64,000 nucleotides of DNA from an uncultured Alphaproteobacteria bacterium. Its GTDB lineage: Bacteria; Pseudomonadota; Alphaproteobacteria; Rs-D84. This document shows, piece after piece, positions 8,908 to 16,978 of this stretch; the stretch's first letter is position 1, and each line of letters opens with the position of its first letter. The stretch is from NCBI GenBank assembly GCA_947175875.1, contig CAMWON010000001.1, positions 81,809-145,808 on the forward strand, read 5' to 3'. A program made the translations under genes and the position numbers. The notes below the pieces were generated by a model. It saw only the letters and a list, made by a program, of their open reading frames with translations. It searched no databases and was not told the DNA's origin.

Positions 8908-9420
8908 ATGAAAGCGGTTTGTGATTTTTGCAAGACGGAATACAGCACCCCCGCAGGGGTGCGCGGCCGTGTGCGCTGTGCGGTGTGCGGGTACGAATGG
9001 ATTATATCCCCGGCGGCGCGGCGCGGCGCATGGCTGACGTTTATTGCGGCGGCGACGGCCGCCTTGGCCGCAATAGTGTTTTCAATCGCGGTAATCACCC
9101 GGCACCAGGTCCAGACCGCGGCCGCATCCCGTCCGTTGGTTGCGACGGTCACGGATATTCATTCCGTTATTGATGCGGCGGGCGTTTCTCACTTTGTGGT
9201 ATCGGGCCGCGTTACGAACCAGTCGGCCGAGATATACGGTGTTCCCGATTTGATAATTGTATCTCGTGATGAAAACGGAAACGAGGTTTCGCGTCAAAAG
9301 TTCATGCCGTCGGCAACATTGCTGGATTCCGGCGCCTCGGTTGAATTTTCGCATACCCTGTCCGCTGCGTCGGACGGCGTGAAAAAGATAACCCTGGAAT
9401 TAAAAGACCAAACGGATTGA
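8908..9420 (+). CDS. ZitP-like protein: N-terminal MJ0042-type zinc ribbon (CxxC...CxxC), one TM helix, C-terminal DUF3426-like periplasmic domain
   Basis: The sequence runs CDFCKTEY...RVRCAVCGYEW, then the TM segment WLTFIAAATAALAAIVFSIAVI, then a beta-rich C-terminal domain. This architecture equals Caulobacter ZitP / DUF3426-family proteins. Confidence 0.7.
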   Translation: MKAVCDFCKTEYSTPAGVRGRVRCAVCGYEWIISPAARRGAWLTFIAAATAALAAIVFSIAVITRHQVQTAAASRPLVATVTDIHSVIDAAGVSHFVVSGRVTNQSAEIYGVPDLIIVSRDENGNEVSRQKFMPSATLLDSGASVEFSHTLSAASDGVKKITLELKDQTD

Positions 9421-9422
9421 AA

Positions 9423-9893
9423 ATGAAAAAGATAATATCCTCGTTTGTTTTGTGTGCCGCAATATGCGCCGGTGCGCACGGGGCGGCGACAACGGCGCCC
9501 GCGCCGCGCGTCAGCATTTTTTCCACCAGCACCGACTGGGAGGCTGTAACGGGCCTGTCGCTGCATGAATATCGCGGCAAGTTCAAATATTCCGACAACA
9601 ACAAACTGGTCGGCCGCGGTCTTGTCTTGTATTATCTGGACGGTTTTCCGTGCTATGGCCTGGGCGAAGGGGTTCGCGTATGGCTGGGGCCGCGCGGTGC
9701 CCACGACGGCGAATTGCGCGTTGCATGCGTGCATGCCCCGACCGAGATACGGTTTGCCTGGCGCAATGCGGCCCGTGACGCGGACCAGGCCGCGACCGAA
9801 GGGATTTTGACGTGTCCCGTGACCGGCGACCGTGAATTTACAATTGATTTGTCCCGCTGTACGCGTGGACCTGATTGGGACAGTTACAAATAA
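9423..9893 (+). CDS. Hypothetical secreted protein (signal peptide, 4 Cys)
   Basis: Starts MKKIISSFVLCAAICAGAHGAATTAPAP. Its ATG overlaps the upstream TGA. No recognised domain. Confidence 0.5.
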   Translation: MKKIISSFVLCAAICAGAHGAATTAPAPRVSIFSTSTDWEAVTGLSLHEYRGKFKYSDNNKLVGRGLVLYYLDGFPCYGLGEGVRVWLGPRGAHDGELRVACVHAPTEIRFAWRNAARDADQAATEGILTCPVTGDREFTIDLSRCTRGPDWDSYK

Positions 9894-10858
9894 TGACACA
9901 GTTGCGAGAGTTTATTGTTGATGAATCCGGTGCCGGCGTTCGCCTGGACAAGTTTTTGGCGACCCAAATGCCGGAGTTTTCACGCGCCCAGATTCAGGGC
10001 TTTTCGGCGTGTATCGGCGGCCGCCCGGCCAAGGGGGCGACGCGCCTGCGCGCCGGCGACGCGGTGTCGGTTGAAATTGCGGACGATGACCGCCCCGGCG
10101 ACATTGCGGCCGATAATATATCGCGCGACTTTGACCTGGACATTTTGTTCGAAGACGACGACATCATCGTCGTGAACAAGCCGCGCGGGGTTGTAATGTA
10201 CCCGTCGGCGGGAAACAAGACCGGAACACTGGTTCAGAATATTTTGGCGCACACGCATTTGTCCGCGCTGGGCGGGGCGACGCGTCCCGGCGTTGTTCAC
10301 CGCCTGGACAAGGATACCAGCGGCGTCATGGTGTTCGCAAAATCCGACGCGGCGTTTCGCGGATTGGTTCAGATATTTTCGACGCATGATTTGACGCGCA
10401 AATATGTCGCGTTCGTATGGGGAATTCCGAACTGGACCGGTGCCGACATAACGGGAAATATCGCGCGCTCGTCCCGCAACCGCCAAAAAATGAGCATGGT
10501 AAAAACCGGCGGCCGTCCGGCCCAGACAATTGTGAACGTGATGGATGTCTGGACGCGCGTCGGCGTTTCGGCGTTTCGCTGTACTTTGATGACGGGCCGC
10601 ACGCACCAGATACGCGTCCACCTGTCGGCGCATGGATTCCCGGTCTTGTGCGACCCGGTCTATGGCCGCGGCTCTGCAAGGCTGGGCAGTGTTCGAAACC
10701 CCGAATTGCTGGACTTTATAAAAACGCACAACGGCCAGATGCTGCATGCCGAGGTGTTGGAGTTCACGCACCCCGTCACAGGCGCCGCCATGCATTTCCG
10801 TGCGCCGTTGCCCGACGACATGAGTGAGCTGCGTTGCATACTTGACGATACTGAATAA
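9893..10858 (+). CDS. rluD: RluA/RluD-family 23S rRNA pseudouridine synthase
   Basis: S4-like N-terminal domain plus catalytic motifs (HRLDKDTSGVMVFAK, THQIRVHL). The ATG overlaps the upstream TAA (TAATG). Confidence 0.85.
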   Translation: MTQLREFIVDESGAGVRLDKFLATQMPEFSRAQIQGFSACIGGRPAKGATRLRAGDAVSVEIADDDRPGDIAADNISRDFDLDILFEDDDIIVVNKPRGVVMYPSAGNKTGTLVQNILAHTHLSALGGATRPGVVHRLDKDTSGVMVFAKSDAAFRGLVQIFSTHDLTRKYVAFVWGIPNWTGADITGNIARSSRNRQKMSMVKTGGRPAQTIVNVMDVWTRVGVSAFRCTLMTGRTHQIRVHLSAHGFPVLCDPVYGRGSARLGSVRNPELLDFIKTHNGQMLHAEVLEFTHPVTGAAMHFRAPLPDDMSELRCILDDTE

Positions 10859-10885
10859 AACCGCCGCTCCGTGTGATTATTTTAT

Positions 10886-10913
10886 TTGTCTGAAATTCTT
10901 TTTATGATATAAT
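10886..10913 (+). promoter_or_regulatory. Putative promoter (TTGTCT-16-TATAAT) for the giant Cys-rich protein gene
   Basis: The hexamers were read in the AT-rich intergenic stretch. An RBS (GGAG) precedes the ATG at 10940. Confidence 0.35.
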
Positions 10914-10939
10914 AAAATATAAAAGATGGAGCGAGCAGA

Positions 10940-13900
10940 ATGAGTCTCTTTAAAAAATCAATTGGTTTTCTGGCTGTTTTGACGGCATTTCCGGCGTCAT
11001 ATGCATTGACGGCACGTCCCAGTGTCATCGGCACCGCGTCGGCGCGTATGCCCACAATGACGGCGCTGATTACAAATACCGGCACGTCCGGCACGGGTTC
11101 CACCACAACATCGACGTTGCTGGCCAATGCCGAATGCATTGACGCATACACGTCTTGTATGAAGGGTGGCGACGCCTGTGGTTCTGATTTTGAAGAGTGC
11201 ACGAACAAGGTTCTGTTCCACGGCAAAATGCCTCAGTGTTTGTCCACTTTGGCCCAGTGCAGCACGGCCGGCGTGACCAGCCTGTTCGGTACCGGCACGG
11301 TAACGGCGCTGTCCACCGTTGCGACCAAGAACAGCTATGGCGAGGTGACGGATTACACATACCCCACAGACGGCAGTGTTCTGGGACAATTGATTATCGG
11401 TGCGGCGATATCGAACAAATATGACACATCCACCTGTGTAAAGCGCTATACGTCTTGCTTAAAGAAAGACAGTGTCTGCGGCAATGATTTTGAACTTTGC
11501 ACAACCGACAAAGAATTTAGAAAACAGCGCGTATTCTGCGATTCCACTTTGGCCCGTTGCCAGTCAGAGGGCCTGATAGAACTGTTCGGCTCCGCCAACA
11601 CTTCGACCACGCCCAACGCGACCAGCCGCATTGGCGAAATGATTGCCGAAGGCGCGGCATTGGCGGCTGTAAACGCGGTATCCACCTGCTACAAGGTTGT
11701 GGACCAGTGTATCTTGAACGCATGTGCGGCGAATCCGTACAAGTGCTTTGAAAACAGCACGAACACCACCGTAAATTTGGTTGAGGCCATCAACACCGGC
11801 GTCGCCACGGCGGAAAACACGGCCGCATCCACAATTGCGAACGTTACATCCGGCATGGATATCGTAACGAAATCCAACGTCGCGTCTTATATCAAGAACA
11901 GCTGTCTGGATACAATCGGATCCAACAAATACTGCTATGCCACGTTTATCGGCAACGGCCAGATGCCGACCGCGTCCCAGCTGAAGGACGAAGACAACCA
12001 GGAAGAAATCTATGACGAGGCGTATTCCGCCCGCATGAGCAGCGCCATGAAGGCCAAGATTTCCGACTTGGTCGATCAGTTTGACACCAAGGCAAAGCAA
12101 AAGTGCACCGAAACAATCAAGACATGCGTAATGCGCGTCTGCGGTTCCGGTTCTGGCGCGGCCTGCTATTCCCAGGTGTTCGGCAATCGTGACAAGTCCA
12201 TTAACAACAGCGTTACATATCCGGAACTGCAGACCGGCTGTGCGGCGGTTGTCAACACCGATGCGTATTGTAAGTATGCCGCGGCAAATCCGAATACAAC
12301 CGGCGGTTATACATATTCTTATATAAACAACGATGCGTTCAGCATTCTGTTCCCGGAATATGAATCCGGCGGCAACGACCCGATTGGCGTTATCTCTGCG
12401 TTGAACGCGACGCTGGCCAACAGCTACAGCGATGCGGCCATCGCCACGATGAAGCGCCAGTGCCAGGCGGTCGCAACCAGTTGCGTAAAATCCATGTGCG
12501 GCGCGGATTATCAGAACTGCTATCGCAACCGTACGGACGTTTATTCTTCTTTGACCAACACCGGCGATTCGTCGTTCGATAAAAGCATGAACAAGGTTGG
12601 CGGCGTTCTGGATTACACAATCGTTTTGGGCCTGTGCCTGGATACGGTTAAGAACGCGTCTGTCTGCGAAGAACATCTGGCGATTGAACGCAACAAATTG
12701 AAAATTGCAAACAACAGCAGTGCGTCCGTATGGGGCGGTGCGAACAGCACGCGCGAAGGCTGGATTGACGCCGGCTCTGCCACGGCCGTGACAGCGACCA
12801 GCGAACAGGTTGCGGCCACCGACGAAAACGGCAATGCGCTGTGCACAACCAAGGGCGGCGGCGACCAGGGCGTATGCTACAGCGTTGATGCCTCCGGCAA
12901 TATTTATGACCAGCCTGTATACATCTCATATACGACATATGTTGAATCACAGGCGGCGTCGACCCTGTTCAAGGATTTGATTTACGACCTTGAGAAAGAG
13001 GCCCAGGCGAAATATAACGCGAAATTGACGAAACAGCAGAACATGTGCATGTCGTCCAACCAGGGTGGCGTTATGGGCAATCGTGAAATGGGCAGCACGT
13101 TCCTGTGGGTAAAGCTGAAATCCAACACGGTGCCAAAGGCATACCCGGTATCGGGTTTAAAGCCGTCGCAGTTCACGGCCAGCAACGACCTGTACGGTTC
13201 ATTCTGCCGTGTCCGCGTAACACTGCAGTCCGATGACAAAAAGATTCAGGACGTTATCGCCAAGGGTACCGATTGGGCCACGGCATATTTCGCGGCGGGT
13301 GATACGTTTACCTGCGGCTCCTGGATTCCGGAAAAAGCCCTGACGCAGTTGGCGGATGCAGTGGCGGCGGATGCCCGCGCGGACGAGGCCCGTGGCAACG
13401 GCAGAACCAAGGCTTGGATGGCTGTTCTGGGAACTGTCGCCGGTGGTGCATTGGGTGGTGTCGCAACCAACAAGATGCAGGACGGCGCATTCTTGGGCGG
13501 ACTTCTGGGAACCACTGGCAGCACTAAAAGTAGTGATGTGGCGGAACAATTGGGTGTGTGTGCTGGTGCTGCACGTGGCTATCAAGATGCAAAATCTGTT
13601 GATGACAAGGCCTCTTATTTGGCTCGTGCATCACGTGCGGTTAAACAACTGCAAGGTGCTGACAAAAATAAATTCGCAACGGATAACATTTCTAGCAAAT
13701 GTGCCAGAGCCACAGATGCAAGAAGTTGTTTAAGTGATTTGTTGTATGCGGCCAGCGTTGCCCATCGGGACTATGCTGATCTTGCTGATAAAACAGTAAC
13801 TGCCGTATCTGGCACTGCACGGGCTACAGAAAAGTCCACAACAGTAAAGAGTTCCGGTCAAGTTTTGACTGCAGATAGCTTGAGAGCACAGGTTCCTCAG

Positions 13901-14515
13901 TATACAAGACATGAATTGGCCGGCGTATCATGCGAATTCAATTGTGATGCAGTTGTTTCTGGCAAATATACTGGTACCAATACAGCGGTCTGCGGAAGTG
14001 TCACACAAAAATCTTGGGTGCCTACAACCGGAAAGTATTGCATGACAGAATCTAATGGTGGAATTCAAAAAGATGCAGATGTACGTTATATTGAATATAC
14101 TTATACTGTATATTACACCGATAATGATGCTGTTGCGTATAATCAAACATTAACAAATAGTGCATCTCAGGTCACTCAACATTCTAATGATGTAGAAACA
14201 GCGCGTAAAAAAGCGAATAGTGCGATGGCTGATTTGGAACAAGCGTGTGATTTAAGCGCACTGAATTCCGACCAGGCTAAGAAAGACGCACAAAAGCGTT
14301 CCATCACAACGGCCGTCGGTGCGGGTGTTGGTGCGATTGCGGGCGGTGTGCTGGCCTATCAGGCGACCAAGAGCATCCAGGATTCCAAACTGGACAGCGT
14401 TGAAAAAGCCGCCTATGACGAATGGATGAACGAAGTCGGTAATCATATCCGTTGCTTTGTCGGTGGCGACGAGGTCGGTATGTACGGCGATATCATCAGC
14501 ACGTCGATGGAGTAA
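10940..14515 (+). CDS. Giant (1191 aa) secreted/membrane-anchored Cys-rich repeat protein of unknown function
   Basis: It has a signal peptide and duplicated CxxYTSC[ML]K...C G[SN]DFE[EL]CT...LFG modules plus further C-x5-C-x3-C motifs. Two glycine-zipper TM-like segments are present (TVAGGALGGVA..., GAGVGAIAGGVLA). A low-GC block lies at 13500-14230. Confidence 0.7.
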   Translation: MSLFKKSIGFLAVLTAFPASYALTARPSVIGTASARMPTMTALITNTGTSGTGSTTTSTLLANAECIDAYTSCMKGGDACGSDFEECTNKVLFHGKMPQCLSTLAQCSTAGVTSLFGTGTVTALSTVATKNSYGEVTDYTYPTDGSVLGQLIIGAAISNKYDTSTCVKRYTSCLKKDSVCGNDFELCTTDKEFRKQRVFCDSTLARCQSEGLIELFGSANTSTTPNATSRIGEMIAEGAALAAVNAVSTCYKVVDQCILNACAANPYKCFENSTNTTVNLVEAINTGVATAENTAASTIANVTSGMDIVTKSNVASYIKNSCLDTIGSNKYCYATFIGNGQMPTASQLKDEDNQEEIYDEAYSARMSSAMKAKISDLVDQFDTKAKQKCTETIKTCVMRVCGSGSGAACYSQVFGNRDKSINNSVTYPELQTGCAAVVNTDAYCKYAAANPNTTGGYTYSYINNDAFSILFPEYESGGNDPIGVISALNATLANSYSDAAIATMKRQCQAVATSCVKSMCGADYQNCYRNRTDVYSSLTNTGDSSFDKSMNKVGGVLDYTIVLGLCLDTVKNASVCEEHLAIERNKLKIANNSSASVWGGANSTREGWIDAGSATAVTATSEQVAATDENGNALCTTKGGGDQGVCYSVDASGNIYDQPVYISYTTYVESQAASTLFKDLIYDLEKEAQAKYNAKLTKQQNMCMSSNQGGVMGNREMGSTFLWVKLKSNTVPKAYPVSGLKPSQFTASNDLYGSFCRVRVTLQSDDKKIQDVIAKGTDWATAYFAAGDTFTCGSWIPEKALTQLADAVAADARADEARGNGRTKAWMAVLGTVAGGALGGVATNKMQDGAFLGGLLGTTGSTKSSDVAEQLGVCAGAARGYQDAKSVDDKASYLARASRAVKQLQGADKNKFATDNISSKCARATDARSCLSDLLYAASVAHRDYADLADKTVTAVSGTARATEKSTTVKSSGQVLTADSLRAQVPQYTRHELAGVSCEFNCDAVVSGKYTGTNTAVCGSVTQKSWVPTTGKYCMTESNGGIQKDADVRYIEYTYTVYYTDNDAVAYNQTLTNSASQVTQHSNDVETARKKANSAMADLEQACDLSALNSDQAKKDAQKRSITTAVGAGVGAIAGGVLAYQATKSIQDSKLDSVEKAAYDEWMNEVGNHIRCFVGGDEVGMYGDIISTSME

Positions 14516-14531
14516 ATCTCAAGAAACCAAA

Positions 14532-14558
14532 AGCGCCCCTAAATGGGGCGTTTTTATT
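14532..14558 (+). terminator. Rho-independent terminator (GCGCCCC-taaat-GGGGCG + T-run)
   Basis: Hairpin plus TTTTTATTT directly after the stop at 14515. Confidence 0.7.
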
Positions 14559-14580
14559 TGACCGGATTACATACAACTTT

Positions 14581-14615
14581 CATTGCAAAGGAGCAACGCG
14601 ACCGCAGCAATCCAG
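14581..14615. repeat. Degenerate copy of the CATTGC...GCAATCCAG hairpin repeat
   Basis: CATTGCAAAGGAGCAACGCGACCGCAGCAATCCAG shares both arms and the 3' end with the repeats at 14694 and 24679. Confidence 0.4.
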
Positions 14616-14693
14616 AGTAAAGCGGTAATGTTCATTATTTTACTGGACCGCCACGCTCCGCTCGCGGTGACAACGATTCTTGTACCCGTTGTC

Positions 14694-14724
14694 ATTGCGA
14701 GCCCGCAGGGCGTGGCAATCCAGA
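14694..14724. repeat. Hairpin repeat TTGTCATTGCGAGCCC-gca-GGGCGTGGCAATCCAG
   Basis: The 17-nt stretch TTGTCATTGCGAGCCC is identical to the copy at 24676. The inner stem is GCCC/GGGC. Confidence 0.5.
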
Positions 14725-14735
14725 CGTAATATATG

Positions 14736-15017
14736 TTATCTTGTCACCGTACGCAGAGCCTGCATTGCGACGCCAGTATATTTCAATTGATTTCGTGCGT
14801 CATAATATGCACCGTATGCGTCTATAAATGCGTTGGCGGTTGACTTTGGGCCGCTGGGCCATATCGCGTATCCCGTCGCCAGTTCTATTAACAGGCGCGT
14901 GCCACCCAACGGCCGCCATTCCAGCGGCAGATTGATTAAGTCGTCATATCCGTGACGCATCGCCACGCGACGGCACTCTGCGATAAGAGATTCCAGTTCC
15001 CGGTTGCTTATTTTCAT
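14736..15017 (-). CDS. Hypothetical small protein; 3' end of rlmN overlaps its start
   Basis: Likely start is MKISNRELESLIAECRR... No recognised motif; could be spurious. Confidence 0.3.
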   Translation of the reverse strand: MKISNRELESLIAECRRVAMRHGYDDLINLPLEWRPLGGTRLLIELATGYAIWPSGPKSTANAFIDAYGAYYDARNQLKYTGVAMQALRTVTR

Positions 15018-16123
15018 TTGTTGTTTTTCTTTGCGTTGTTCAGTCGCAGCTGGCCGCATGCGCTGCCGATGTCCGTGCCGCGTTCGCGACGAATGCGCGT
15101 GTGGATGCCATGCTGGATAAGTGTGTCTTGGAAACGATGAACCGCGTTGCCCGATGGCGATGCGAAATCACGCTCGTCCACCGCGTTCCAGGGTATTAAA
15201 TTTACCATGCAATTTTTGCCATGCAATAGCGTTGCCAATTTTTCCGCATACTCTTCCGTCGCGTTGTATAATTCCGTCTCTCCGTCCGAATTTTTGCGCC
15301 CCAGCAGTATGTATTCAATCATCAACTGGCGGTTGTGCAGATTTGTAAAATCATCGGCCGCGGCCAGAACCTCGCCCAGTTTGTATTTATTGTTAATAGG
15401 CATGATTTGACCGCGCAGTTCGTCCGTCGGCGCGTGCAGCGATATCGCCAGGTTAATCGGCCGCCCCCATTCAATAAGGCGGCGAATGCCCGGTACAATT
15501 CCGCATGTGGAAACCGTAATCCGGCGCCACCCGATGCCTAAATCTTTGTTTGCGCGCTCTATAAAATCAATAACGTTTTCCGTGTTCTGCAACGGTTCGC
15601 CCGTGCCCATGATAACAATGTGCGACACATCGCCGTTGTTTGCATCGCCGTTTGGCCGAACGTTTGTTTTATCGGCACGGTTGCGACGCAGTTCCCATTG
15701 TGCCACCAAAACCTGGGCGAATATTTCATTCGCCGTTAAATTGCGTTTCAGCCCCAGCAGCGTGCTGGCACAGAATCTGCACCCCATGGCGCATCCGGCC
15801 TGAGAGCTCACACATACACTGTTTCCGTATGTTGTCCGCATCAGCACGCATTCAATCTGCTCGCCATCCTGCATTTCCAATAAAAATTTGGTCGTTTCGC
15901 CGTCGCCGGAATCCAGGCGCCGCACAATCTTGCACGGCAATGTCTGGGCCGCGTCGTCCAAATCGCGCCGCAGGTTTTCCGGCAGATTTTTCATCGACGC
16001 AAAATCCGGTGCCCCGCGCCCCAGCCATTCGCGAATTTGGGCCGCACGAAATTTGGGCAGGCCGCGTGCCGTCACAAATTCGGCCAGTTCGGCGTCTGTA
16101 AAATTGAATAAAACGGGTTTCAT
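15014..16123 (-). CDS. rlmN: 23S rRNA (adenine2503-C2)/tRNA methyltransferase RlmN (radical SAM)
   Basis: CxxxCxxC is present (CAMGCRFCAS). The rest matches the RlmN/Cfr family. Confidence 0.92.
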   Translation of the reverse strand: MKPVLFNFTDAELAEFVTARGLPKFRAAQIREWLGRGAPDFASMKNLPENLRRDLDDAAQTLPCKIVRRLDSGDGETTKFLLEMQDGEQIECVLMRTTYGNSVCVSSQAGCAMGCRFCASTLLGLKRNLTANEIFAQVLVAQWELRRNRADKTNVRPNGDANNGDVSHIVIMGTGEPLQNTENVIDFIERANKDLGIGWRRITVSTCGIVPGIRRLIEWGRPINLAISLHAPTDELRGQIMPINNKYKLGEVLAAADDFTNLHNRQLMIEYILLGRKNSDGETELYNATEEYAEKLATLLHGKNCMVNLIPWNAVDERDFASPSGNAVHRFQDTLIQHGIHTRIRRERGTDIGSACGQLRLNNAKKNNK

Positions 16124-16944
16124 AATTTGTACCTGTCGTCATTGATGACAATAACCGCCTTGCGGCGCAGCTGCTTTAACTGCTGGTCGGCGATAAACAT
16201 GGCCTGCTTGAACATGGCGTTTTGTTTGATAATCTTGTCCAGGTCGCCGTATTCTTTTGTTTTTTTCGTCTCGCACACCAACAGGACGGAGTTATCCGCA
16301 CGCGGCGACCATGTTAATTTTGGCAGGCCGGCAACGCGGCTGCGTATGTCGGCGGATAATTCATATTGCATCGCGGTGAATTTCTGGGGGGCGCCGCCCA
16401 ACTTTTCCGCCATTTCCATCGCCGCGTCACAGCTTTTCGGTTTTGTTAATTTTTTTGCGATATCTTCCGGAATGTCTATTAAACGTACAATCGTCATTTC
16501 AATCGGCAGGCCGTGCTCGCGCGCCAGTGCCGTGCGCTCGGCCGCGATATCTTCGTCGTTTGCGGATATAGTCGGCAGTATTGTGCGCGCCACAACAATC
16601 TGCCATGCGATTTCCGCGCGCGCCGCGTTCATTGCCATTTCGCGTTCCGACGCACTCAGGTCGCCCAGATTCATGCGCTTTAATTCTTTCTTTATTTCAT
16701 CGTCCGACGGAACGGCGTTGAAATTCTTCGCATAGTTTAACTTTATGTTGTCGTCAATAATGCTCTGCAGTGCGACGCGTCGGTTGTCTGTTGCGGTGTT
16801 GCCCTGGCGCGCCATTAACTTTACGCGTGCGGTAATGTCGGTGTCCGTAATCGGCTCGCCCCCGACCGACGCGACGACAGTGGCTGCATTTGCGCCCGTC
16901 GCGGCCGCAATCAGCATCAATACTGCACATATTTTTTTCAACAT
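16120..16944 (-). CDS. SurA N-terminal-domain-like periplasmic chaperone (no parvulin domain)
   Basis: Signal peptide MLKKICAVLMLIAAATGANAA. Helical chaperone-domain-like sequence. Its position between lptD and rlmN matches the conserved lptD-surA context. Translationally coupled to rlmN. Confidence 0.6.
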   Translation of the reverse strand: MLKKICAVLMLIAAATGANAATVVASVGGEPITDTDITARVKLMARQGNTATDNRRVALQSIIDDNIKLNYAKNFNAVPSDDEIKKELKRMNLGDLSASEREMAMNAARAEIAWQIVVARTILPTISANDEDIAAERTALAREHGLPIEMTIVRLIDIPEDIAKKLTKPKSCDAAMEMAEKLGGAPQKFTAMQYELSADIRSRVAGLPKLTWSPRADNSVLLVCETKKTKEYGDLDKIIKQNAMFKQAMFIADQQLKQLRRKAVIVINDDRYKL

Positions 16945-16978
16945 TTTGTCCTCTCTTCTTTCCTTGTCTTTTTTGTCT

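Noticed and set aside
9980-10795. 271-aa antisense ORF opposite rluD
   Set aside because: It is antisense to a conserved pseudouridine synthase and is a compositional artefact.
11564-12676. 370-aa antisense ORF, plus several others, opposite the giant Cys-rich gene
   Set aside because: High-GC sense genes commonly yield long open antisense frames. The sense frame has a signal peptide, RBS and internally repeated modules; the antisense one is Arg/Ala/Gly-rich with no start context.
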